A stretch of DNA of 62,595 nt, taken from IMG/VR virus record IMGVR_UViG_3300021963_000130, positions 1 through 62,595 of that record. One strand, written 5' to 3'. Positions 46,201-52,737 of this stretch are shown here, in pieces. How positions within the stretch are numbered: the first letter of the stretch is position 1; each line of letters starts with the position of its first letter. The notes beneath the pieces were generated by a model. The model worked only from the letters and a program-made list of their open reading frames with translations. It had not been told where the DNA came from and searched no databases. The position numbers and the translations under genes were made by a program. The DNA is from a virus (Duplodnaviria > Caudoviricetes).

Positions 46201-46374
46201 GGTTGACTCTGCACCTTTTTCAAGTCCAGCAATCAAACCCTCTTTGGGTTTCTGTTCTGGCTGTTCAGCAAGATGCTGTTGAAGAAAAGCAATGACTTGC
46301 TCATCAGAAGCGCCAGCAGGCCCCTCTACGTCATAAATGCGACCGTCGGGGCCTTTAACGCTGTATATGGGCAT
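37237..46374 (-). CDS. Large polyvalent internal virion/ejection protein with zincin-like and LPD38-like domains
   Basis: 3045 aa; LAHEIAGHFGL...EEVLAE; C-terminal RLPIPFEVG..FK.LPE; long coiled coils. Confidence 0.75.
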   Translation of the reverse strand: MPIYSVKGPDGRIYDVEGPAGASDEQVIAFLQQHLAEQPEQKPKEGLIAGLEKGAESTLSQLRSGIGSIFGSGDEAARAGLARGEDINKRYAEQVSLEKVKQAYNDKGLLSAAGEAISQAPYALAEQFPNLAANIGSARLGALAGSPFGPVGSVIGGGAGLVAPSVIQALGGNVERQAALGQKVNVGNALPAAALQGGLDVAGSFIPLGGRLVSKLTGLPVQALLGRTSAQAAKLAEERLLATLAKGTATGVITEIPTEVAQQMLERAQAGLPLTTPDALKEYGETAYQVSLLGPLGAVGRMSEVGGARQQVEKESALDMRQKRMEQLDQEEQNRVAQEAETAKAAQRRQEQLNDPEFAQQAEDKYLAMQTQYAALRKQVSTKVDPNDLAAVEAQNAAKATFRNFKKTDEYKSVMDDYQQTSGARAKLKQQREEQARKQVEADKQKAEADRQKAIQDELAGMKQVRGFQQTIPGLAPMETENVAPKPAGDLTAKRSEFMQKQQELAQLMEAHQRKESDAAAKGDIDAIDKLRPQRQMLLNEQEYLAKQLGEMGAEPAEDSLDAIRAKIDKQKAQLQSLGGEGYDPVKADKIINTIRALEEKAKTAKPGQAGLDFGKATKEQVSESAKDFNQRTYAPQGYAEDQQTSLLEQPYAGYLSDQEQLDKMRKEGRTQAEIDAMEKKRIPTGATEQLDMFGYPLAGGVVTGEKTAAPKSRAELVAELRIARTTSNRAAAADLIEQLRNLDAETVGYKGSANQTKTTEAITTAKTAQETQKASNEARMQKLTALRDARDKLDSRYKAAKTADAREKLLPKLEAAEKAYTDAFYEFNAEPVTRRGMANEIKGAAKTTETTGDRKTMDTKGLTQPTVPFAKPAMPGQQPLRTQQQQAYADARAKAYADMVAIVSKYNQGKAKLSELETARGTLVENLIGDIEATRGAPVEKEEADQIRRDANAMLYDLVTRFGDTRNLTQKGTEKRPLFIPAQDSQGNFTSEAQYPTVESRAPGRQTFANPHAAALAIKEGLDDIRNKAVAKAATTVDRTITPEQTTPEALRTELDRAFAKGPDALSAEQRNLLEQVADNLKAINLNPEKRNLVAEYTYRASNGLQIDPAITKDVKDMLAAMEQGKRSETQIETTPSGFAPRTKVKLTEEEKQRSLVPEKEIPSQTGVATRVTSAIQKELFGDEVLRGRVFDTPEAFEQYLASDALQQMRSTIGMTAPTLSRLVARMAPFLKRAADLQTKVDDLQGQYDAILDKRKGQFAELEKLTGEEAAQEKKELLLAEEMLKEAEAKVKDAKATLAEELRELQTAYLEAEQAFSYSVQVSEDITKAIAANTSDFTKAEMAAIADVLKAKKNLTDLFEKLKSDDYPGGRNKGFAEVGPNTDWATRLSSFKNRPEVLELQNEVLAATRRWRANFNLNQSENRIVKFLDQDLNFQMQLQEEAAEMDTLAKNLLNAGTALNLAKQKQDKTNLKQAYTEISTAKEIVSEVQKRTEGRAEAVDQLERELGIERKTIRHRMTDDASELVIFDALTNTKELEDQLAAIRTQISEGTNVPSRALQAFIARRERAQSLGQETQAQREERDKVQKRLENEQTARLKAIPGEQVSFEGRRKLIETLDATPERLSELDSIINDEESPAKDVAEATSAKTRLEAKADEIGKLLSNDPEVAKTITGLLNDRINKIEENIKNITQRLQSPDKYDTILEKKRLSKADREAAVASKKKLKDGRVKELNKYKRELAELKTKRDVKRGIERQEVGTQRYVEDIAEGKARTLVPIDRKEGAAPEIGATKKLREAYEAAVKDDATEVEYKGRTYAIEDVRSYLAARKIGPVVVKTVTAGNIRTGETSTLGERMLSTKNKPTQAGQARPITSLQAQRGAAKDVAKQQAEKRMDEIDAMRPKIAVAIEKAEAENDAERLKNLNALEAKLDKQYDELEKTMSYVPKPTKSMTAAQIAEQQERVRNRVGEEEDLEGAPVKYRTVEKTGPGLKINNIQEGVDRITKDWTIKPNIKIVATEKDLPGRIQEQAAKDEKTGRIPGLYDPSTRTVYLVAENLKDGDDVAFTLAHEIAGHFGLQQLLGRNYAETMDNLYNGNETVRKQADAKLRTEKNLDRNTAVEEVLAEMAEQGVSPDPDTRSALRKIIDAIKNWFAGNGFKVSDNEVKELVANARKYVMEGKRPNVESVSIGSGKIMYSTRATYANADFAAAGRTTDKFVAKQKTFAEKVRAEGSGLTFETMLVDRFAGFERLKKLMEPLVGTQMMYYLRMYDQRMNFVAQSVTNGALKIIEKERADGRIERVIEAGGGASIKNVVNILKQATPIVGNGEAVNRLFTMYMSAIRAEDKGFAALHFGTDLTEADLKAAKATVDSYPEVKNTFDAARAEYNQYNKDMMNFLAQTGAISKQVAADLTKNNDYIPWYRERNGFAEMVIGAESPIRIGNITEQPYLHELVGGERPILDFMTSSVQNTNMLTDMGLRNLSTKNAVIELANLNLAKITPKPIQGTDVVRFKIDGEDRYAIINTDDAGVPADILVKGMEGIPTQMPVAMRLMGMPATFLRKAVTASPLYAAKQLFRDSLAAPILVGADFMPVTGALRQLGKSTTKDVLERRGITGGQIFTGTSEDLSRILHDIASDKVGWKQALGKLEAINMEADATTRRAQYNSYINQGLSEMEATLMSLESMNFNKRGASPSIHMANSLIPFFNAQIQSLNVLYKALTGKLPFNEKLKIQQKLLLRGGMLAAGTLAYAGMMQDDEAYKNARPEEKYGNWFLRVPGFDEPVRLPIPFEVGYFFKALPEALYNSMVNEHGKEEAVKAFTSILKQVIPGGSSYGIPQAMRPAIEAGLGKSFYTGRDILSAHEKELLPEHQFREKTSEVSKSIGRVAGVSPIILDQLVQGYTGTMGLAFVQAVSMGVTKREGPEAAVKRLSDMPVIGSAFQPNDAGAISTRVYDRMTEFKQVEKSVDDLMSRGYKADAIELLNKRGTEYAMAEVADYYTSTMRELTQYENAIRASNISPEEKRAQLTKIRQMKTQFAASVEKATDRTIPR

Positions 46375-46392
46375 TGCTGCGCATCCTAATTT

Positions 46393-49017
46393 TTAACTGG
46401 GGCGTGACCCCACAACTGAAAATCCTCCAGCCGGAGCTGGAGCACCTGCCGCCATTGTAGGCGTAATCCCAAGTTGTTGGTAGATTGCTTTTCTCACCCG
46501 ATCTTCTTCTCTGGCAGTTTCGCCCTTTGAAATTGTTTCTGCAAATTTGCCGGGGCCAGAAAGCCATTTTTCCATGCGCTGTTGCACAAGCGTTTCGGCT
46601 TGCAACTGCAAGTTCTTATCCTTGGCCCCACGGTCAAGGTAATCCGCTTCGGCAAGCGCTTTCTTGGATGCTGCTTGTTTGTAGCCGATATCGGACAAGT
46701 TAAGTGCTTGAACTTGCTTGGCTTTTTGTTCGGCTAGTTGCGCATCCAGAGCGCCAAGTCCTGCTTTGCCTACGTTTACTGAAGCGTACTGTGACTCCCC
46801 CGCCATCAAACCTAAACCAAAACGAACCAAGAAACTGTTCCAGTCCATGCCCATGTCGTCGGCTTGCTTTTTAAGTTCCTCAGAAGATTTACCGGTTTTG
46901 TCTTCCAGCTTGTCCACAATAACTTTTTCAGGTAAAGGCAGCTTTCCACCGTAGGTAGGATCAAAAACACTTTCATCAATGTTTTCGTTGGGTGCCAAAC
47001 CCTGCGCTTTGTCTTCAACAGGCTGGGCAGGAAGTGCCTGAGCTGCTCCGGGCAGTCCTGCTTGTACCGCCGTTTGTCTATTACGAATGACGTTTGCTTT
47101 TTCCTGTTGTAGTTCATACGCCCGAGCACGGTCAAGCTGTTCGGCTACGGACATGGTTGGTTCTTTTGCAACTTCGGGGGGAATACCTTCTTTGGGCTTA
47201 GTGGCTTCTTCCGCCAAACGCGCGGCATCTGCTGCTTGGTTTTTGGCAATTCGATCTTGTGCTACTGCGGCAAGACCCGTATCTTGCGGGTTTATATCGC
47301 CGCGTTCTACTCCGGGTCGTACACCGCCTACGTCTTCAGGAATTGCATCCGGTTTAATTTCTGCCCCACGTGCTGCTTCTTGTTTGGCTGCTACATCCGC
47401 CGCTTGTTCTAAGGCAATTTTATTCCGGGCTGCTGCTTGTTTTGCTGCAAAGTCGGCGAAGGATGCTTCGGACAGGGGCAACGGATTGAATGCCGGGGCG
47501 GGAGCCGCTGCTGGCGCAGTCTGAGCTGTTTCTAATTCAGGGAACAACGGTAGTTGATCCCCCACTTTTGGTTCTACTTTTGCAGTCTGCGCTTCTTTCA
47601 AACCGGGCAAGCCGGGTTTGACCTGTTTGGGATTTTTGCCGGTAAATGGAGCCGCTTTAATTGATGTAGGACGGCCAGACACCATGTGTCCCACGTATGG
47701 TGATATACCGCTGAGAAACTTGTCTTTTTGTTCGTTGTAATACTGACCTTCAGGCGTGCGTGGATCGTATATGGCTTCTTTTTGACGATCCGTCATTCCC
47801 TTATAAAAAGCAGCGCCTTCTGGTTTATTTTGTATAGCTGCGGCTGCGGCTGAAGGGTTGTCAATTACAGACGCTATAGCCGCAGTGGGGTATGTCGTTA
47901 ACTGTCCAGCTAAATTTAAACCAGCTTCGCCCAAGCCCAAAAGACCTCTTCCAACGCGTTTGGTTTTATCTACAAAGCCTTCTTTTTGCAGTTGTTTAAC
48001 TTCGGCATCGTAAACCGCTTGTTGGGCTGCTTGTTCTTCTTTGTATCCAGCAGGGGTTGAACGGTCTACGGTTTGTGCGGCTGGCTCAACCGTTTCTCCC
48101 GGCGCAAGAGCTGCGCTATCTGGAACTTTTGTGGTTGCTAATCTGTTTAAGTAGTTAACAGGCTCCGCCGCACGTTTTGCAATTTGTGCGTCAGTCAAAC
48201 CGCCTTTATCTTTAAGTTTTGCTGCAATCTCTTGTGACAGCTTTTCAGGAACAAGTTTGCCCTTGTTGTTGCGTAAATGCGCATCCAGCGTTGGCTCGCC
48301 TTGGTTATACGCCACGGCTATCAATTGCTCATTGCCTTTGTATTTTTTGTTTAAGTCCACCAAATGCGCCAGTGAAGCGTCAATGTTCATGATGGGGTTC
48401 CAACGCTCATCACGAGTTGCGTCATTTGTTTTTACATTTTTTGGCGGGACTTTAAGCCCGTAGTGACTGGCGGTACTTTTTATCAACTGACCGACGCCGG
48501 TAGAACCCGAATCTGATTTTGCAAGCGGATCATATCCAGATTCAATTTTAAAAATTTTGTCAACAAGGGTGGGGTTTAATCCCAGCTTTGCTGCTTTTTG
48601 CAACGCGTATGCGCGGTAATCTTCAGACGTTCCGGGGCCAGTAAATGTACCGCCAGCATAGCCCGGCACACTGCCGCCGTCATCAAACGCAACGATACCG
48701 CCTTCAGCCATGTGCTGCATGTTGGGTGCAGGAAGCTGGCCAATGCCTTGATCTTCTGGCAGGGCTTGTTGCGGTGCAGCAGCCATCCCTTGCTGTGGGT
48801 GCGGGGCCATCTGTGACAGCTCTTGGTCAACCACTTTAGGCTGCGGCTGCATTCCCGCTTGGCCCTCTTGTCCGGCCTTCATCTGTTTTTTCTGGTTTGC
48901 AATAGACAGCGCCAGCGTCACAATGTAAGGATCATTCTTGTGCAAAGTCGCATACTGCTGCAACTCAGGCAACGGCATGCGGGACAACGTATCGGTAATT
49001 GTTTTTACATTAAGCAT
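46393..49017 (-). CDS. Internal virion protein with lytic transglycosylase (SLT) domain
   Basis: IES...GVGQL...AYNQG motifs. Confidence 0.8.
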   Translation of the reverse strand: MLNVKTITDTLSRMPLPELQQYATLHKNDPYIVTLALSIANQKKQMKAGQEGQAGMQPQPKVVDQELSQMAPHPQQGMAAAPQQALPEDQGIGQLPAPNMQHMAEGGIVAFDDGGSVPGYAGGTFTGPGTSEDYRAYALQKAAKLGLNPTLVDKIFKIESGYDPLAKSDSGSTGVGQLIKSTASHYGLKVPPKNVKTNDATRDERWNPIMNIDASLAHLVDLNKKYKGNEQLIAVAYNQGEPTLDAHLRNNKGKLVPEKLSQEIAAKLKDKGGLTDAQIAKRAAEPVNYLNRLATTKVPDSAALAPGETVEPAAQTVDRSTPAGYKEEQAAQQAVYDAEVKQLQKEGFVDKTKRVGRGLLGLGEAGLNLAGQLTTYPTAAIASVIDNPSAAAAAIQNKPEGAAFYKGMTDRQKEAIYDPRTPEGQYYNEQKDKFLSGISPYVGHMVSGRPTSIKAAPFTGKNPKQVKPGLPGLKEAQTAKVEPKVGDQLPLFPELETAQTAPAAAPAPAFNPLPLSEASFADFAAKQAAARNKIALEQAADVAAKQEAARGAEIKPDAIPEDVGGVRPGVERGDINPQDTGLAAVAQDRIAKNQAADAARLAEEATKPKEGIPPEVAKEPTMSVAEQLDRARAYELQQEKANVIRNRQTAVQAGLPGAAQALPAQPVEDKAQGLAPNENIDESVFDPTYGGKLPLPEKVIVDKLEDKTGKSSEELKKQADDMGMDWNSFLVRFGLGLMAGESQYASVNVGKAGLGALDAQLAEQKAKQVQALNLSDIGYKQAASKKALAEADYLDRGAKDKNLQLQAETLVQQRMEKWLSGPGKFAETISKGETAREEDRVRKAIYQQLGITPTMAAGAPAPAGGFSVVGSRPS

Positions 49018-49026
49018 GAATGTTCC

Positions 49027-50181
49027 TTACTGCATTTTCATCAGTGCCAGCTCAGCCAAACCTGCTGGGCGTTTCTTTTCTTTGACAGAGCCGCCCTTGG
49101 CTTTTGCCGTTGCTGCTGGAGCGCCCATCTGGGACAGGCCGTAGGCTGCGGTGCCAAGACCCGCCAGTTGAGAAGCCATGCTTGGTGCTGCTTGGTACAT
49201 CTGCGTAGTGCCGGACTGCATTGGTAAACCACGGGTCAAGGCGCTCATATTGGCCAACTGCAACATGGGGTACTGTTGCGCCGTAGCGTAATCTTGAATC
49301 TGCTGGTTAATCTTGGATTGCTCCATTGCTTGCTGCTGTGCGCCGTATTGGTTTTGCAACTGGTTGATGCCCATTTGCTGGCCGTAGACATTTTGGCCAA
49401 GCTGACCCAACTGGCCTGCGGCGGATAAACCAGTCTGAAGCCCTTGCATACCGAGGTTAGCGCCAAACTGTTGTTGGCCAATATTGGCTTGCTGTGCTTG
49501 CATTCGTTGCTGTTGGTCAGCATTAAACTGCTGTTGGGCTTGGCCAAAGGCTGTGTTCAGACCCTGCGCTTGGATAGCGTTCTTTTGGTCAGCCAACGCC
49601 CGGTTAGCTTCGGCATCGGTAATTGCTTGGCGAGCGCCGCCAAAAGCACCTACTTGCGTGGCTTGTGCATTGCGTCCTGTTGTTGCAATGTCCGCTTGGC
49701 GTTGAGCGGCTTGTTGCTGTACGTTCACCACATTCTGCATGTAGGGATTCATGTACTGGTCGGCTTGCTGTTGGCCAAACTGTTGGGAGTACGCGCCCAT
49801 CGGGTTGTATTGTGTACCCAAAGCACCCATGCCAGCGCCAAGAGTCATGCCAGCAGCCATACCCGTTTCAGGAGTGACCTGCATGTTTTGCGCTTGTTGT
49901 TGCGCTTGCCGCTGCATAGGTGAGAACCCAGCAAAGTAGGCGTTGGGGTCGTTGCTAAACGGTTGGTATGGTTTTATGCTTGTGGGGTTGCCGGAAGCAT
50001 CTTTGTTATAAATCTCCCCTTGCGCAGAACCAAGCATTTGCTCAACGTACGGCTGCGCATACTCAGGGATGTTGGAAGTCTGGGAGTATGTGGTGTTTGG
50101 CTGGCCACCACCACCACCGCCCATGTACAAGGTGAACTGCTGACCTGTCAGCCAGTGAAATAGGTTCTTGACGATATTCAT
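49027..50181 (-). CDS. Q/G/A-rich ejection (pilot) protein
   Basis: YMNPY, GAFGG motifs; composition and position. Confidence 0.7.
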   Translation of the reverse strand: MNIVKNLFHWLTGQQFTLYMGGGGGGQPNTTYSQTSNIPEYAQPYVEQMLGSAQGEIYNKDASGNPTSIKPYQPFSNDPNAYFAGFSPMQRQAQQQAQNMQVTPETGMAAGMTLGAGMGALGTQYNPMGAYSQQFGQQQADQYMNPYMQNVVNVQQQAAQRQADIATTGRNAQATQVGAFGGARQAITDAEANRALADQKNAIQAQGLNTAFGQAQQQFNADQQQRMQAQQANIGQQQFGANLGMQGLQTGLSAAGQLGQLGQNVYGQQMGINQLQNQYGAQQQAMEQSKINQQIQDYATAQQYPMLQLANMSALTRGLPMQSGTTQMYQAAPSMASQLAGLGTAAYGLSQMGAPAATAKAKGGSVKEKKRPAGLAELALMKMQ

Positions 50182-50585
50182 ATCTTCATCCTCATTACAT
50201 GATGGGTTTCTTCCATGCCCATCTTTTTATACATGGGAACCAATTCGTCACGACACCAGCACTGGGCTACCGTAGCACCGTGAGTTTTCATCCAAGCCAG
50301 CAACTCTGCAAGTACATGTGGCTTTACTACACTTTTTCCGCCAAGCAAAGTTCCGTGGCCAACACGATAGCGTGGGTAATCAATAAACTCAATTACTGCT
50401 GCGCCAGTAATGCCCTCATCCGGCTCATCCCAAACCATCAAGAACATTTTGCCTGTACGTATGGAGAACTCCACCTGCTCAAGCGTCATAAAGTCAGGTT
50501 CAGTATCAATACTTTTTTGCAAAAGCGGAGCAGCTTTATCCCACACAAGTGGGAGTTGGTTTGGGGGGATGTGGTAAAGCGGCAT
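50178..50585 (-). CDS. GNAT-fold protein (P22 gp14/T7 gp13-like position)
   Basis: GAAVIEF...LLGG...MYKKMG pattern. Confidence 0.55.
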   Translation of the reverse strand: MPLYHIPPNQLPLVWDKAAPLLQKSIDTEPDFMTLEQVEFSIRTGKMFLMVWDEPDEGITGAAVIEFIDYPRYRVGHGTLLGGKSVVKPHVLAELLAWMKTHGATVAQCWCRDELVPMYKKMGMEETHHVMRMKI

Positions 50586-50587
50586 GT

Positions 50588-51778
50588 TTAAGCGAGGTAC
50601 TTCTCAGGGTTGATCTGCTTGCCTTGTTTCTTGTTGCCAGTACGGGCTTGACGAACTCTGTCCATCATCTTGTACAGCACTTTGGCCCCAGCTTCAGAGG
50701 AGCCATTACCAAGGTGGGACACGACATCGGCGGGTACTACAAACTCTTCGTTGGCCAAACGTGCTGGTTGCTTGTTGGCGATTGTCGCAGGAATGTCGTC
50801 AGACATACCGTCTCCCGGCCCTTTGAGCATGCGCCCACCATCTGAGTAGCCGCCCAGATCAGCCAGACCGCCTTGCGCATAGTTTGGCTTATACGGGGTT
50901 GGTTGTACTGGTTGATAGCCTGAATACAAACCGGGCTTAAAAGTGGACTTGTAACTTGGCTTTTCATACGGTTTTTTTGTCAACGTATCGTACGCACTGG
51001 AAGCTGCCATGCCTGTCAGCAGTTTATTTGGTACCGACATGCCTTTGAAATCTTGCCACAGTCCTTGCAAAAAGTTTGGTTCTGCTGCGGGAGCACCTGT
51101 GGTTGAACTCCCGTACGCAGTGTTGTTTACATACTCATACGGTTCGGGCTGGCCACCACTAACGTTGCGCATTTGCTCACCGCCGGGAGTAGCGTTGGTG
51201 GGGGGCGATAAATCAGGAGTAGCTGGGGTTTGCGCAAGCAGTCTGTCTGCGCCTCCGGGTTCAATTGGTTGTGGAAGGTTTGAACCCATGCTAGCTAAAT
51301 CTGTTTGCAATCCGGGCAGTCCGGGGACAGTTGGGGCAGGTGGGATAGCGGGGGGTAAAGCTGACGGCAACGCTGAAGACTCAAGCGCACCGGGAGCGTA
51401 CTGTGTCAGCGTAGGTGCAGTATTAAACGCACTTGTTGCGCCAACTTCATTTGCCAACGCTTGAATACCTGAGCCACTACCAAGAACCGTACCAGCAGGT
51501 GCTCCACCCAAACCCACAGTAGCTGGGCCTGCGGCCATTGGAGTAGCGGCTGCTGGTAAAGCACTGGCAGCAGTAGTAGCCGCAGTAGTGGCCGCAGGAG
51601 CACCGGCTGGCGCTATGGCGCTAAGAACGGATGCGTTTGTTGCTGCTTGAGCTGCGGCTGCTGCTTGAGCTGCTTGGGTAGCGGCAAGGGCTTGGGCTGC
51701 GGCTTGGGCTGATGCAATCTCTGCGGCTGTTAAGCCCACTGCACCTTCTGCCGCTATGGGTACTACTGCTTCTGGCAT
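50588..51778 (-). CDS. A/P-rich internal virion protein with C-terminal GPG..SD.IPA...EFVVPADVV domain
   Basis: Low-complexity N-terminus, distinct C-terminal domain. Confidence 0.7.
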   Translation of the reverse strand: MPEAVVPIAAEGAVGLTAAEIASAQAAAQALAATQAAQAAAAAQAATNASVLSAIAPAGAPAATTAATTAASALPAAATPMAAGPATVGLGGAPAGTVLGSGSGIQALANEVGATSAFNTAPTLTQYAPGALESSALPSALPPAIPPAPTVPGLPGLQTDLASMGSNLPQPIEPGGADRLLAQTPATPDLSPPTNATPGGEQMRNVSGGQPEPYEYVNNTAYGSSTTGAPAAEPNFLQGLWQDFKGMSVPNKLLTGMAASSAYDTLTKKPYEKPSYKSTFKPGLYSGYQPVQPTPYKPNYAQGGLADLGGYSDGGRMLKGPGDGMSDDIPATIANKQPARLANEEFVVPADVVSHLGNGSSEAGAKVLYKMMDRVRQARTGNKKQGKQINPEKYLA

Positions 51779-51779
51779 A

Positions 51780-52091
51780 TCAAACTCCTCGTTTCATCAC
51801 AACAAGCCCTTGCTTGCGACTAAGTTCTTTAAAGCCAAACATGGCTATCAGTTTCTGTGCTTTGACATCGTTCTCAAAGGGTGTAGCATACACTTCCTTG
51901 TAACTTTTGTCTCTCAAAAATGGCAGGATTTGCTCGGCAAAGATGCCTTTGTACCGCTTGAATTTACTGGGAGTCCATGCCCCCGCGTTAAGGTGCAAGT
52001 GCAAAGTTGCCGTTGTCCGATCCAGTATGTGGTCACAGCAGACACGCGCATCCGCATCTTCGTATATCTTTTCTCTTACTGGCGGCATCAT
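51780..52091 (-). CDS. Small GNAT-like protein
   Basis: VYAT...KAQKLIAMFGF pattern. Confidence 0.5.
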   Translation of the reverse strand: MMPPVREKIYEDADARVCCDHILDRTTATLHLHLNAGAWTPSKFKRYKGIFAEQILPFLRDKSYKEVYATPFENDVKAQKLIAMFGFKELSRKQGLVVMKRGV

Positions 52092-52726
52092 GTTGGAAGC
52101 GCCGATACAAAAGTTGCGGTCAGAATGGCAGAGGGAATGGCTGGCACAGGTGCAGCGGCTGCAACAGCTTTAAGCTGGATATTGGTGTCATCTACGCTCC
52201 ACATGAGCTGAAAATAGTCCAAGGCGTTCATGGACAACACAAAATTCCAAGCAGGAATGGCTTCCGCCGTAGTTCCTTGGATAGCCACTTCGCTGGCTGA
52301 ATTGGCGACATCTACCCCGTTTACCCGCGCCCAGATGTATGTGTGGCCTGCTGCGCCTGAAGATTTGTCCAGTTGTAGAGAAAACTGGAAGTTATAGATG
52401 CCCGCGTTAGCTACAACAATTTTAGATGTTGGAGACCCTATGCTTACATCGTTGCTCAAGTCTGTGGAGTTAAACGTAACTGCATACGCTGTGCCGGTTG
52501 CCGCTGCTGTCTGAGTCGTGGTGTCATGGAACGCCCCATAAGGGAACCGCACATATCTGCCACCAGACTCCCCCAGCAATGCTCCGGTCAGGCTATCCAG
52601 TTGGTTGAAATACAGGCGCAGAATGTTGGAGTACTGCTCAATGAACTGAGCGTCATACTGAATGGGGGCCGCAGGCAGGCGCGGCGCAACCACCGGCCTG
52701 TAACGATTGATGATTGTTGTTGCCAT
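52088..52726 (-). CDS. Tail-associated protein with C1q-like C-terminal beta domain
   Basis: LRLYFNQLD helix then GIYNFQFSLQ beta-sandwich. Confidence 0.55.
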   Translation of the reverse strand: MATTIINRYRPVVAPRLPAAPIQYDAQFIEQYSNILRLYFNQLDSLTGALLGESGGRYVRFPYGAFHDTTTQTAAATGTAYAVTFNSTDLSNDVSIGSPTSKIVVANAGIYNFQFSLQLDKSSGAAGHTYIWARVNGVDVANSASEVAIQGTTAEAIPAWNFVLSMNALDYFQLMWSVDDTNIQLKAVAAAAPVPAIPSAILTATFVSALPT

Positions 52727-52737
52727 AAGGGTTTACC

